A stretch of 63,539 nt of DNA, the filler included, from Barthelona sp. PAP020 (Eukaryota), in assembly GCA_040182905.1 (NCBI GenBank). It is 3 parts of 3 records of this genome, joined end to end, with 100 filler letters (N's around TTAATTAATTAA, not from the genome) between each part and the next. Parts side by side here need not be neighbours in the genome. Positions count along the whole stretch, not along the records: positions 1 to 26,744 come from JARQWU010000133.1; 2 more parts are not named here. One strand, written 5' to 3'. Positions within the stretch are counted from its first letter, which is position 1, and each line of letters starts with the position of its first letter. The notes beneath the pieces were generated by a model. That model made no database searches. It was not told the DNA's origin and saw nothing but the letters and a program-made list of their open reading frames with translations. This document shows positions 1 to 11,404 of the stretch, piece by piece. The position numbers and the translations under genes are program-made.

Positions 1-103
1 GTCTGTTTCTAATTTCACGAGGTTGTGCCAAACTTTTCATAGCTTTAAATTGTGACGCAGAAATAACCACTTTCTGTGGTGCATCGATGCTTCTTCTATT
101 CAT
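1..103 (-). CDS. 5' end of an unidentified gene running off the window (MNRRSIDAPQKVVISASQFKAMKSL...)
   Basis: ATG at 103, open frame to the window edge, divergent from the 422 gene. Confidence 0.45.
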   Translation of the reverse strand, partial: MNRRSIDAPQKVVISASQFKAMKSLAQPREIRNR

Positions 104-421
104 AATATTAATAAATGAAACTAGTTTAAACAAGAAAAAAAAAAGATGAAAAAGTTGAGATAACAAAACTTTTTTTTTAGAATAAAGGATTAATCTGGTT
201 GTTTGAAATATTTTCAAATATAAATCTAAATGAAAGGAAAATTTTGGAATTCTTTTTGTAACAATGAGAAAATACAGTTTCAATTTATGTTTTTGTGATT
301 CTATACAGAATAAGACATCTAATTCCATATTGTTCAAGAAAAAAAAAGCAGACATTTGAGTTGATGTGGAAGAATCCTGTGAATATTTTTTTCACACCTT
401 TTTTTTGTCCAGAAACGCAAA

Positions 422-1543
422 ATGACGAAATTTCAGAGATACTTAAAGAAGATGGATTTGACAGTATCTCCAAAAATATCGGAAGGATTAATCAAAAAAT
501 CCACTGTGGGTGGTATTGTTACACTAATATCAATATTGGTATGTATATTTATGATAGGATCAGAAATGATAGATTATTTACACATTGAAGAAAAACATTC
601 AATCATTGTTGATTCACAAATTGGTGGAGAATTACCAATTCATTTCAATATAACTTTTCCAAGATTGCCTTGTCATGAGATAACATTAGACGCATTAGAT
701 ATTGCTGGTAATGCAAAAATTAATGTTTTGAACAACGTGTGGAAGACTGGATTGGATAGTAATTTGAAACCTCTCACACAAAAAGTATCAGTTATTGAAC
801 AAGAATTAACTGATGAATCTTGTGGAAGCTGTGGAGGCGCACAAGAAACAAAAGATCAATGTTGTAACACATGTGATGATGTTATTGCTGCTTACAACAA
901 AAAGCAGTGGGCTATTAAATCTTTATCTCAATTTTCTCAGTGCATAAAAGAAGGCAGAGCCGAAGCTATTAATGCAGATAGTGTTGGATGTGAAATTCAA
1001 GGTTCCATTGGAGTTGAACGTGTAAAAGGGACATTTCACATAACCCCTGGTCCAAGTCATCAATATAAAGCTCAGCATTACCATCCATTTACTGAAGAGA
1101 CCTTGAAATATGATACAAGTTATGTTATTAATGAATTACGTTTTGGAGATCCTGTAGGATTTTTAGGTCCTTTAAATGGTTTCACAGAAGAATTTAAAGA
1201 AAATAAAGCACAGATGATTCAGTACTTTTTGAATGTTGTGCCAACCACATACAATCCTTTGAAAGGAAAAGCTATTAATACATATCAATACACAGCTACC
1301 AGTCAAAAAACAACTGCAAATGTTGATAATAAGCGTGCTATGCCTGGTTTATATTTCATGTATGATTTACAACCAATGAGAGTTGTGGTTACTCAAACCA
1401 GATCATCTTTAGGGCATTTGTTAGTTTCTGTTGTAGCAGTTGTTGGTGGTATCATCTCTGTTTTGACCTTATTGGATAACATTTATTTTGTTTCTCAAAG
1501 AGCTATTAGAAGAAATAAGGAACGATTAGGAAAGTTGAGATGA
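422..1543 (+). CDS. ERGIC3: ERGIC3/Erv46-family ER-Golgi cargo receptor
   Basis: 373 aa; N- and C-terminal TM helices; NITFPRLPC, CGSCGGA..CCNTCDDV, GCEIQGSI.V.RVKGTFH, PGLYFMYDLQPM motifs. Confidence 0.9.
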   Translation: MTKFQRYLKKMDLTVSPKISEGLIKKSTVGGIVTLISILVCIFMIGSEMIDYLHIEEKHSIIVDSQIGGELPIHFNITFPRLPCHEITLDALDIAGNAKINVLNNVWKTGLDSNLKPLTQKVSVIEQELTDESCGSCGGAQETKDQCCNTCDDVIAAYNKKQWAIKSLSQFSQCIKEGRAEAINADSVGCEIQGSIGVERVKGTFHITPGPSHQYKAQHYHPFTEETLKYDTSYVINELRFGDPVGFLGPLNGFTEEFKENKAQMIQYFLNVVPTTYNPLKGKAINTYQYTATSQKTTANVDNKRAMPGLYFMYDLQPMRVVVTQTRSSLGHLLVSVVAVVGGIISVLTLLDNIYFVSQRAIRRNKERLGKLR

Positions 1544-1771
1544 CAAAATTTGATTTTTTGTTTGTTTCAGGTTTAATAAACAANNNNNNNNNNNNNNNNN
1601 NNNNNNNNNNNNNNNNNNTTAAAATGATTCCAAAAGAAGTTAGTGAAATATGGTACATGAAAAATTGAGTCTCTCAACAGGCCTGTAAAGATTGAATTCG
1701 AAATTATTCAAATAATTTGGTGATTTGTTGCAGAAAAATTTTGTATAAATTTTTTTCCATTTTTTGTTGAA

Positions 1772-1979
1772 AATGTGGAAGTTCATGCTCAATGAACGGA
1801 ATTTATTGGAGATATAAAGAGGTCATCAAATATCACTTCCTTTATTTGTTGTTTCTTGACCACCTTTAGGTCCAATTTTTTAAGTTACTTGGACATCTGA
1901 ATCCACGTGAGTTTTCCCCAAACCTTAAGCTAACTCGTTTCGTTGACTGAACAACTCATACCTCATAAATATCTAATAA
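1772..1979 (-). mobile_element. F1 mini-element (non-autonomous derivative of the YR retroelement)
   Basis: Reverse complement of the 11193-11404 copy with a few substitutions and a 3-bp deletion in the GTTGTTCA-G-TGAACAAC palindrome. Confidence 0.9.
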
Positions 1980-2004
1980 AAGAAAAGAAACAATCATACA
2001 CCAT

Positions 2005-2433
2005 TTATAAATCTAAATTTATAGCATCTTTAAACTTTGATTTTAATTTAATACGTAAACCGGACATCTCCAATTGAAGATTTGATAATTTATGCTGTTT
2101 GGCTTCAATAACTTCTACTAATCTTGTTGTTTCATTTGCAACAGCCTCTTCTGCCAAATCACTTTGAACCAACATGAAACATTCCCCATATTTAACCATG
2201 ATTGCATCTTCATCATCGGCAATTATTAAATCATCTTCAGCACCTTTAACTGCTATTAATTGTTTCTATTGTTAGAATATAATGCATGAACAAAAATTAT
2301 CAACCTGTAATACAGATATTTCTTCTTTCAAACGTAAACTCTTATTAATCATAATAGAAAAGTTACAAATATTATTTTGATCTTCCCAAGTTACATCACT
2401 TGCAATTTCTTGATTTCTATTCTGAAATGCCAT
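2005..2433 (-). CDS. PFDN4: Prefoldin subunit 4, two exons (2433-2305, 2265-2005)
   Basis: VTWEDQNNICNFS, VKYGECF and KLKSKFKDAINL motifs; a 39-nt GT..AG intron (2304-2266) containing an in-frame stop joins the two ORF pieces in frame. Confidence 0.88.
2266..2304 (-). other. Spliceosomal intron, 39 nt
   Basis: GTTGAT...TATATTCTAAC-AATAG; removal restores the prefoldin 4 frame. Confidence 0.85.
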
Positions 2434-2613
2434 TTTTAAGAAAAAAAAAAGATAACCCACACTTTTATTCAAGTCTTCACAATTTCTTTATATCAACAAA
2501 AACAAATTCAAATACTTCTTTTCGAAAAAATTCAAAGTGTTGCCTTAAATAAAAAATAAAAATGATTAAAGTACAAAATTTTATGTTCATCAAATCAATA
2601 CAACATATTAAAA

Positions 2614-5574
2614 CTAATATTTTTGAAATAATTCACGAACACTAGTTATTTTATTGATTTTAGATGGATTTGTCCAAAATACACTTTCTTTGTTCAATAT
2701 TTTGCTCTCTTTTTTACTTACACGAGAGTATTTTAGATACATCAATCTGTATAAACCATCTAAGACTTCAGGTTCATCAAAAACCAAAGGATCATACTTT
2801 GAAAAATTGATAAAACTGATGAGGGAACCAACAAGATATAATCCACTCATCCACAAAATGGTCATCAATCTGAATTTATAAGCAAACCAATTATCATCAA
2901 TTAAAACTATTGAACTTGCAAATGTGCTGAATGGTGCTGTCAACCCCAATAAAATAATAACTGAAATTGTTGATAACAATAACAAATAACCCTTTAAGAG
3001 GTAAATAGAACCTAAACCATTGCTGTTATTTTTTCTGACATTTACATCACAACACAAAGAACATCCTTGATGTTTATCAACTGAAAAAGCACCAAAATTA
3101 CCAAATATCCAACCAAAATATGTCAAGAATTTTCTAAAATTTGAGGCTTGAGGTTGTATGTCAGGAGAGGCATAAAGCCACCAAGGCAAACGAATAACAA
3201 CAAGAGTTAAAATAATTCCAGGCCCACTACAATATATCATAAACGTTGGAATAATGGAAGGTGTGTGTAAAAGAGTCAGATCAAAAGAATCAGTGTAACC
3301 ATATGATCTTATCAAATAAAGGAACAATAAAATACAAATGATGAAGAAAGAAATGGTGAATATCATGGCAATTATAAAGGCGTTTCGATTCAATCTTTTT
3401 CCAATTGCCGTTGCTTCAGATTGAGTTGAGGATAATTCTTCAATTTCTGATTCATCTTCTGAAATAAGTGAAGGGTCTGACATCGTTAACATCATGTTCT
3501 TGTAAAGCTTCTTTGGAATGGGAATCAAAACATCTTTGGCAAATAAACTGAAAATATCCATTGCGCTTCGACCTTGAAATAGACCAACAGTAATAAAGAC
3601 AACAACAACTACACCAAGACAATTAAAAATGATATTGTGTTGAATCTTCGTATCATAAGAATCTCGTCTTGCAGCGTAATATATCTCCACTAGATCTTTT
3701 GTGGCATTGATTAAAGCTTGCTTACTATCTGTTACTGCCACTGGATTTACATCAGTTAACAATTTATGCAAAGAGCTATCTTCCCCAAATTCTTGCAGGG
3801 CTTTTTTAATAAACAAGCGCTTCTGCCAAAACAATTCATATAACATAATTTTCTTTGAAGCTTCAGGAATCAATGGAAAAATAGCATCAAGAACAACACC
3901 AGTTGATTCTCTTGGAACAGGAATTCCTAACAAAAATGATAAAGACACTGCAATATCAACATTTCGATAACTATTTTCAAGAAACCTGGTTGATGTTTTT
4001 GATGTATAAAACAATTCATCTGTGGCTGTAGTAGCTGTTGAAAAATTACTGTTTTTTTTGTAGATTACCAAAGGACAATCAAGATTCAAAGGTGCAATAC
4101 CTCCATGACCACCTCTATTTACTTGTCCATGATCAGATGTAATAATTACCACAGTATCATTATCAACAGCCTCTAGAATGTCCTTCACAATGATGGTTTG
4201 GTTTGAAATTCCCTTATTATATAGGTCTTCAGTATTCCATCTCTTTGTTACCCCATAACCATGTCCAATCATATCAGTATTCGATAAATGCACTAATAAA
4301 TAACTAAAGGTTTCATCTTTTGTTTTTAAAGCATCAAGTGCTAATTCTCCTCTCTTTGTATCTGCTTTATAAGCAAAATTAGGATTACCCTTCACATCAT
4401 TAGGGTCATAAGTGGTAGGGATTGTTCCTTCACCCTTCATATAGGGTAATTTAGAATGTACAATATCACCAAACCATGGAGAACCTGTCAAACCCCTATT
4501 TTTTCCCAATCTCTTTAATTCAGACATGGTAGTAGATAGACTCGTTTCTGGCACCAATAGATTGCCCATAGTACCATGAACTTCAGGTTCGGCACCGGTC
4601 AAAAAAGTTACCCAATTTGGAACAGACATAGAAGGCAAAGAAGAACTGACATGGTATTGTTTCCAATCATCTTTATATTTCACATCGTTTAATAATGTTT
4701 TCATATCATTGTTTGCCCAAAAATAATCATATCTAACACCATCTAACATAATCAAAACAACCTTAGGATGATTGGATAACATTGCAAGATTATTGTTATT
4801 AAAATGTGATAAAGAACTATTCGCATTCAATTCTGTCATTGCATTCTTTGTTAACATTGGACTTTGAGTTGTCATCATTCTAATAAACAATGAGAACCAT
4901 ACAAAATAAAAAAATAATGCAAAAACAGTGAAGAATAGTTTCATTAACGACATATTATCATTGTGTTTAGAACCATAAGTTTGTCTAGCTTCTTGTAACA
5001 TTATGAATCTGTTCATCGTGCCTTCATCAAAATATTCTTTTTGAACGTTGATAATTGGACGATCAGAAAACTCTTCGTTTGATTTTTGAGAGGCATAACT
5101 CATTATTAAAGTAGAAAAAATAAAAGCAACTACTTGAAAAATAATTCCAATAATGATGAAAATCCAATGAAATCCAACTCTATATTGAAATTGATAAGTC
5201 CAGCAAAAAATACTAATTAAATGAACAGCAACACTATACCAAGCAGGAGCAACATTATCTTTTCTGCGAATCATTGAAACTAAAAAAGCTAATGTTAAAC
5301 AATTGCATAAAAGTAATACTCCAGATAATAATAATTGGGTTAACAACAATGTAGCAAGTGAACTGGAACCTTCCAATCCAATTTGATCACTGATATCATC
5401 AGATAACAAAGAAAATAACAACCATGCAGCAGACAATACTAAAGTAAGAACATGGATAGTTAAACCAGCATTTAAATAATTAAAATTAAATTTGTAAAGT
5501 ACTCTTAATTCTTCATTATAATCAATTATTCCTTCCTTTCGATTTTCATTGTCAGTTGTTTCTGCATAAACCAT
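2614..5574 (-). CDS. Multi-pass membrane protein with an alkaline-phosphatase-superfamily domain (GPI ethanolamine-phosphate transferase-like)
   Basis: LDGVRYD, PSMSVPNW, HLSNTDMIGH and TSDHG..GGHGG metal-binding motifs; TM bundles on both sides; first ATG at 5574. Confidence 0.7.
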   Translation of the reverse strand: MVYAETTDNENRKEGIIDYNEELRVLYKFNFNYLNAGLTIHVLTLVLSAAWLLFSLLSDDISDQIGLEGSSSLATLLLTQLLLSGVLLLCNCLTLAFLVSMIRRKDNVAPAWYSVAVHLISIFCWTYQFQYRVGFHWIFIIIGIIFQVVAFIFSTLIMSYASQKSNEEFSDRPIINVQKEYFDEGTMNRFIMLQEARQTYGSKHNDNMSLMKLFFTVFALFFYFVWFSLFIRMMTTQSPMLTKNAMTELNANSSLSHFNNNNLAMLSNHPKVVLIMLDGVRYDYFWANNDMKTLLNDVKYKDDWKQYHVSSSLPSMSVPNWVTFLTGAEPEVHGTMGNLLVPETSLSTTMSELKRLGKNRGLTGSPWFGDIVHSKLPYMKGEGTIPTTYDPNDVKGNPNFAYKADTKRGELALDALKTKDETFSYLLVHLSNTDMIGHGYGVTKRWNTEDLYNKGISNQTIIVKDILEAVDNDTVVIITSDHGQVNRGGHGGIAPLNLDCPLVIYKKNSNFSTATTATDELFYTSKTSTRFLENSYRNVDIAVSLSFLLGIPVPRESTGVVLDAIFPLIPEASKKIMLYELFWQKRLFIKKALQEFGEDSSLHKLLTDVNPVAVTDSKQALINATKDLVEIYYAARRDSYDTKIQHNIIFNCLGVVVVVFITVGLFQGRSAMDIFSLFAKDVLIPIPKKLYKNMMLTMSDPSLISEDESEIEELSSTQSEATAIGKRLNRNAFIIAMIFTISFFIICILLFLYLIRSYGYTDSFDLTLLHTPSIIPTFMIYCSGPGIILTLVVIRLPWWLYASPDIQPQASNFRKFLTYFGWIFGNFGAFSVDKHQGCSLCCDVNVRKNNSNGLGSIYLLKGYLLLLSTISVIILLGLTAPFSTFASSIVLIDDNWFAYKFRLMTILWMSGLYLVGSLISFINFSKYDPLVFDEPEVLDGLYRLMYLKYSRVSKKESKILNKESVFWTNPSKINKITSVRELFQKY

Positions 5575-6134
5575 GATTGATTTATGTGGAAAAATGTAAA
5601 AAAATATCAAGATTTATTCCTTCTATATTTATCTTCCAAAACAAAAAAAAGAAAATGTTGCAAAGATAGACAAGTTTTTATTGAAATGCTATTATGATTG
5701 AACTTTTTAAACACTAAATTTGAAAACTGTGAAATTAGAATAATTATTCAAAACAAATATAAAATTTGAAAAAAAATCAGTAAAAAGTGTACGAATCAAC
5801 ATTTTCAATGAGAAATCTGCCCGCCCGTACAAACGATCATCAACAAATTAAATGATAACAGGAAACATACCTTATATTTTGAACAAATAATAAATAATTC
5901 AAGTAAATAACAACCAAAGGTCTTTTTTTGGAAAAAAAAATATGAACACTGAACAAAAATCAAAAAAAAGAACAAAAGAAAAACCAAACTTTGAAAAAAA
6001 ATCTCCACATGTCATTTTAAATTTTCAATAAAAAATTAAATAATTGATAGTAAATATTAAATTGACAATAAATTGAAATAAAATGTAATGAATAAAAGCA
6101 AATAGTTCAACTAAAAAAAAATAATAATAATTTA

Positions 6135-9100
6135 CTAAGCAAAGAATTGTTCAACCAACAATTTATCAAAGCGTTCCTTTTCTTTCAACATCTTATACTG
6201 CAATTCATAATCTTTACTTGTTGGTGAAGGTATTTTTTGAACATAATCTTCTGGAGCAATGAAAAATACGAAATCTCCTTTCGAAATGTTTGCGGATGGT
6301 ACAGGACAAGTGTAAACATAATATGGCTTTCTGCGAAATAATCCTAAACACAACACATTTCGTTCAAAATACAATTTGGATAAAAGAACAAAGTAGCAAA
6401 ATCCATCCCAAATTTCCGGAATTTCAAATTGTTGAACAGCCATACCAATTGTGGAATCATCTTCTTCATGAACATTGGAAATATCAGTTCCTACCCCAAA
6501 ATTATCAGAACTATTTGTGAGGCCTAATAGAGCTAACAGACCCAAAGATGCATTTGAAGTGAAAAAATGTTGAACCAACATGGTATCGAATGATGAGGCA
6601 AGAAAAACTCCACCAGACATAAAAGGTTGAGAGAATAAATGGTTACCTCTATGACCGGGAGGAATCAAATCGATATTAGAAGGAATAAACATTTCGGCCA
6701 GCCAAAATGGGTCTTCAATACCATATTTAATCTTTATTTCCCTTAAAGCTAAAAGGATTTTAAAAGTATACCCATCCACTCTCCTAAAATTTTCAATATC
6801 TCTTGAAAAATTCTCAGAAGTAACAATATTTTGTCTTTCTGCCAAACCAGGAATTATATCTGAAGAAAATTGTGATGAAGAAATATCACTGAGAATACAC
6901 ACTTTCGCACAAGTGTAAACTTTGGCTTGAATTAATGTGTGAACATCACCAGGCTCTCCTCTAACCAAAAATAATTTTCTACCAACATCTGCCTGCATTT
7001 GAAAACAACGCTTTTCAAAAACTTCTACATCAACATTGTCTGAAACAATGACAACTGGGGTATAGTCTGGTTGACTTTGTCTTCTTAAAAATTTGATCAA
7101 CTTGGGTAAATTAGGCATAGAATTACAAATAATCACATAATGTCCAGCTAATGACTCAGGAGGTACTGGATTGAATATTTTTTCTGAAAAGGGTAAGGGT
7201 GGCAAATTTCTGCCAGCATTCACTTCAGCTTGTTGACCTGCCATGAGAGGATCCTCAGTCAATACAGCAGAAACTCGACTTGGTATATTTGGAGTCAACA
7301 AGACACCAGACTGTTTAAAAAGAGATTTTGGTAGGGGCTCATTAGGGGTGGGATTAATATCAAATAAATCAAAAACAGTATCCTTAACAGCAGGTGAACC
7401 AATTTCATACTCACTCTCATAAATCTCAATGGTAATCTCGTCAATCAATTGAATTTGCTTTTCTGTCTGCGCTATAATTAAAATCTCATCACCTGTTCTT
7501 AATGTTCTAAAAAAGGGATTTAATTTTACAATGCCCAATTGATGCTTGATTCCAAAGGGTAAGACGTTTAGATGAGAAAATACATCCAAAACAAATTGAC
7601 GAAAAGTGATGCCATCAAATTTGTTCGCTAAAACATAAGTAAAAATCTTAAATCGAAGACCCCAACTGTATTCAATCAAGTGTCTAATCTTTGCATTGAT
7701 CAAAGGGGATGTGTTTACTGCCAAAAAACGTCGTTCTTCTTCTTGTTCAATGGAACAGTAATCATATGGTAAACTGCTTGAATCAGCGTGTTCAGCATGA
7801 CGAGGATTAAGAGTACTCATCTCTGTTCCTGTATCCATAATTATAAATCGAGATTTATTTGGTGTATCATTAGATCTAGTCAAGTTGGAAATAAAAGTTG
7901 AAAATCCAAAGACTCTGAGAGAACCAACAATAGTCGCAGTTCTCATTTGGTCCATTGAAAAAATTGGTGTGCAACCAGCATTATATGCTGCATCATAGGA
8001 CGAAGATTCCAATAATTCAACAAAAATGGGAACTTTTGACATTGTTCTAACAGATAACGCTCGCATTAACGTTAACGCATCTTCTTCACTTGGATTAGAT
8101 ACTGTGTGATCACATAGCAAAAAAATTTGCTTTGCTTGGCGAATTTGCACACGTTTTAAATCATTCTGGTTCAGCAAGGTACCTCTCATATATTTGACAC
8201 GTCCATGTAATTTACGCAGTTGAAAGAAAACATTCAATGCAAACGAAGGTCGATCATTTGCTAAAATTAAAATTTGATCAGTGGATCGCGATCGATCTGC
8301 TGAAAAAAATTCTAAAAGAAATTCTAGCAAGGAAATGGAGGATACAGAACCAGAAACAAGAATAAAATTGTCAAAGGAAGGGGTTAATGTCCCCATAAAC
8401 TCTTTTTGTCTTCGAGTTACATCCACTATGTCAGAAATCAAACTAGGCAAAATGACAACACTCAATATTAAGAACACAACAACGGTAGCTCTTCCTAATG
8501 ATGTAACTGGATGAATATCTCCATAACCAACAGTAGTTACGGTAACAGTAAAGAAGTAAGTTCCTTCAAAAAAATTTAACATTTGAACTGATGACTCAAA
8601 AACAATAAAAAAGCCTAAACCTCCAAAAACCAACATAAATAGAGCAACTAATGGTAAAGATAAGGCTGCATATGAATTTTTGGATGCAATCTGTGTAGAA
8701 TAACGTATCAAAAAAGAATAAAGATGAATAAAACGCAAAAAATAAAAATTAAAAAGTTGAAAGTGTGTATGATACCACCAACCCGTCACTAAAGTTGGCA
8801 AAAATGATAAAAGATCAACATATAAATAATATTGAAAAAAAATAGATTCCGGTGTTGCAAAGCATCGTAAAACATCAAATATAAACTCAATCGCATAAAT
8901 AATTGCAATACCAAAAATACACATTTCTAACCATTTTAATTCTCGACCAGGATAATAACTTAATGCAATGAATCCAATAATACCCAAAATACTGGCAGAA
9001 ATAAATAAAAAATCGAAAAAAAAGGATTCTTTTGCTTCGGAAAAAAAGAGGGCCATTCTATTCATTGAATCAAATTCTTCGGTTTCAATTAATGAATGAG

Positions 9101-9317
9101 AATTATACGTGTCTTGTTGTTTGCTAACAAAATCAACAGGTAATGATATAATATCTTCATCAAGATCACTTATCGATGTTGATTGACCATATTCAAAAGC
9201 AACATGTGGTGATTCATTTGAATCCAAATGAATTGGTGACATGTGTGCAGTTTGATTTCGGTGTGAAACATGTTCAGGATCAAAATTATCAGCTGTTTGA
9301 AAATTATATTTAGTCAT
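6135..9317 (-). CDS. Slo/BK-type potassium channel (6TM plus two RCK domains)
   Basis: TTVGYGD selectivity filter; RCK signatures KYMRGTLL..DLKRV, EEDALTLMRALS, LVRGEPGD..TLIQA, QPFMSGGVF. Confidence 0.88.
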   Translation of the reverse strand: MTKYNFQTADNFDPEHVSHRNQTAHMSPIHLDSNESPHVAFEYGQSTSISDLDEDIISLPVDFVSKQQDTYNSHSLIETEEFDSMNRMALFFSEAKESFFFDFLFISASILGIIGFIALSYYPGRELKWLEMCIFGIAIIYAIEFIFDVLRCFATPESIFFQYYLYVDLLSFLPTLVTGWWYHTHFQLFNFYFLRFIHLYSFLIRYSTQIASKNSYAALSLPLVALFMLVFGGLGFFIVFESSVQMLNFFEGTYFFTVTVTTVGYGDIHPVTSLGRATVVVFLILSVVILPSLISDIVDVTRRQKEFMGTLTPSFDNFILVSGSVSSISLLEFLLEFFSADRSRSTDQILILANDRPSFALNVFFQLRKLHGRVKYMRGTLLNQNDLKRVQIRQAKQIFLLCDHTVSNPSEEDALTLMRALSVRTMSKVPIFVELLESSSYDAAYNAGCTPIFSMDQMRTATIVGSLRVFGFSTFISNLTRSNDTPNKSRFIIMDTGTEMSTLNPRHAEHADSSSLPYDYCSIEQEEERRFLAVNTSPLINAKIRHLIEYSWGLRFKIFTYVLANKFDGITFRQFVLDVFSHLNVLPFGIKHQLGIVKLNPFFRTLRTGDEILIIAQTEKQIQLIDEITIEIYESEYEIGSPAVKDTVFDLFDINPTPNEPLPKSLFKQSGVLLTPNIPSRVSAVLTEDPLMAGQQAEVNAGRNLPPLPFSEKIFNPVPPESLAGHYVIICNSMPNLPKLIKFLRRQSQPDYTPVVIVSDNVDVEVFEKRCFQMQADVGRKLFLVRGEPGDVHTLIQAKVYTCAKVCILSDISSSQFSSDIIPGLAERQNIVTSENFSRDIENFRRVDGYTFKILLALREIKIKYGIEDPFWLAEMFIPSNIDLIPPGHRGNHLFSQPFMSGGVFLASSFDTMLVQHFFTSNASLGLLALLGLTNSSDNFGVGTDISNVHEEDDSTIGMAVQQFEIPEIWDGFCYFVLLSKLYFERNVLCLGLFRRKPYYVYTCPVPSANISKGDFVFFIAPEDYVQKIPSPTSKDYELQYKMLKEKERFDKLLVEQFFA

Positions 9318-9627
9318 GCATGTAAAAGACAGGTAAAAATGAAATTATAATCAATCAAAAAGTTTGTTGACGGTTATCATATCTGCCAAATTTCTTGCTC
9401 CTTCCAGATTATTTGTTAAAATTCTAAACAATTTGATAACTAACAACAATTATAAACAAAGAACAAATCTTTTCAAGTCGTTGATCTTTTCAATAAAATT
9501 AATTATAAAATTATTTATTTTTATTCAATTTGTCAATTAAATGATATAATAGGTATGAATAGCAAATATTTGTTGTGAAATACAGTTTTTGAAATTTCTA
9601 GAATGTTATTTCTTTTTTTTATTTAAG

Positions 9628-10944
9628 ATGCATTTCAATAGAAATATTGTTATATTTATAGCATTTCTTACATTAATATCATGTTTTGACATGACTTATG
9701 TTATTAATAACATGGATCCTGCCACAGCCCATCAAACGACAAAAATGACAGGATTTTTAAGTGGAAGAACTCATCCTCAGTATACTGGTTACATTGAAAT
9801 TGAAAAAGAAACCAATACTTATGCATTTTTTTGGTTGATGCAATCTGAAAAGTTTTCAAATCCTCAAGATACTGCTACGGTTAATTTTATGTCTGGGGGA
9901 CCAGGCTGCAGTTCACAAAATGCTAATTTTATGGAATTAGGACCCTGGATTTTAAATTTTGATGGAAGTGGAAATTATCGTAATAATCCCTATTCATGGG
10001 ATAAGAAATACAATCTGTTGTTTATTGATCAACCACGTGGAACTGGGTTTAGTGTTAGTGATAACCACGCCTATAACGAAGATCAAATTGCAAAAGATTA
10101 TGTGAAAGTATTGGAAATTTTGTTTGAAAAGTTCCCTGAATTTAACACCCAGAATAATGGTTTCTATTTAACTGGTGAATCGTTTGGAGGTCATTATGTT
10201 CCATCTATTTCCAATGCTTTGTTGAATGTTCCCGGTATTTTCTTGAAAGGTATTGCTGTTGGTGATGGTATGTTTGATGCCAAATATCAAGGAGCTGCAT
10301 ATATGGGCTTTGGTAAAGCTCAATCTTGTTTTGATTTCAATGATGAACAAAAAATGCAAAGTTTATACAATAGCATGTTGCGATCTTTGGATAAACAAGA
10401 TTTTAGTTCTGCTACGGATTTATTCTTTGAAATGCAATCTTTAGTTGCTGATAATTGTGGATTTGAAAACGTTTATAACATCTTATTGGGTAAAGCATAT
10501 CCTGACAGTACTTCTAAATTGTTGAATGAAAAGAACACCAAAAAGACTCTTCATGTTCCTGCAGAAGTCAGATATGAAATGTGTAATGGTGGTGTTTACA
10601 ATGATTTACATAATGACATGAGCACTAGTGTTATGCCTGCCATAGAAAATGTTATTAAAGCAGGTAAAAAGGTTCTCATCTACAATGGTAATTTGGATGA
10701 AATCATTCCTGCTTATTCTTCAGAATTGATGATTAGGAAATTGAATGTTCCTTTAATTAGCAAATATTTAACAGCTAAAACCAAATCTTGGAAGTCTGCT
10801 GATAATCAATACCATTGGGGATGGTATAGACAAGTTGATAATTTTACTCATTTAATTGTTAATGGTGCTGGTCATATGGTTCCTTTAGATCAACCTGAAG
10901 CTGCCAGCGTTATGTTGGATAATTTGATTGATGGTACTTTTTAA
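9628..10944 (+). CDS. Serine carboxypeptidase, family S10
   Basis: Signal peptide; GGPGCSS, FIDQPRGTGFS, GESFGGHY and GAGHMVP motifs. Confidence 0.93.
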   Translation: MHFNRNIVIFIAFLTLISCFDMTYVINNMDPATAHQTTKMTGFLSGRTHPQYTGYIEIEKETNTYAFFWLMQSEKFSNPQDTATVNFMSGGPGCSSQNANFMELGPWILNFDGSGNYRNNPYSWDKKYNLLFIDQPRGTGFSVSDNHAYNEDQIAKDYVKVLEILFEKFPEFNTQNNGFYLTGESFGGHYVPSISNALLNVPGIFLKGIAVGDGMFDAKYQGAAYMGFGKAQSCFDFNDEQKMQSLYNSMLRSLDKQDFSSATDLFFEMQSLVADNCGFENVYNILLGKAYPDSTSKLLNEKNTKKTLHVPAEVRYEMCNGGVYNDLHNDMSTSVMPAIENVIKAGKKVLIYNGNLDEIIPAYSSELMIRKLNVPLISKYLTAKTKSWKSADNQYHWGWYRQVDNFTHLIVNGAGHMVPLDQPEAASVMLDNLIDGTF

Positions 10945-11192
10945 ATTAGACCAAATATCAAATCATGGTAATCACATAAGTCTATTGATATTTATAAATA
11001 CATTTGTTTTTGTTATTTTGACAATTTATTACATCTTAATCCTCAATTATTATTTTTGTCTGACAGATAATGGTTTTGGACATCATACATTCTAATCAAT
11101 AAAAAAAAGGTATTATTTTCAAAATAATTCTTGAAATAAAAAGAAATCAACAGAAGAAAACCTGAAACCACATGGTGGACATTTTTACTGTT

Positions 11193-11404
11193 TTATTAGA
11201 TATTTATGAGGTATGAGTTGTTCAGTGAACAACGAAACGAGTTAGCTTAAGGTTTGGGGAAAACTCACGTGGATTCAGATGCCCAAGTAACTTAAAAAAT
11301 TGGACCTAAAGATGGTCAAGAAACAACAAAATAAAGGAAGTGATATTTGATGACCTCTTTATATCTCCAATAAATTCCGTTCATTGAGCATGAACTTCCA
11401 CATT
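11193..11404 (+). mobile_element. F1 mini-element, intact
   Basis: Identical to 41888-41979, then a 9-nt linker AAGTAACTT, then identical to 45628-45738 apart from one extra A in the A-run. Confidence 0.93.
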
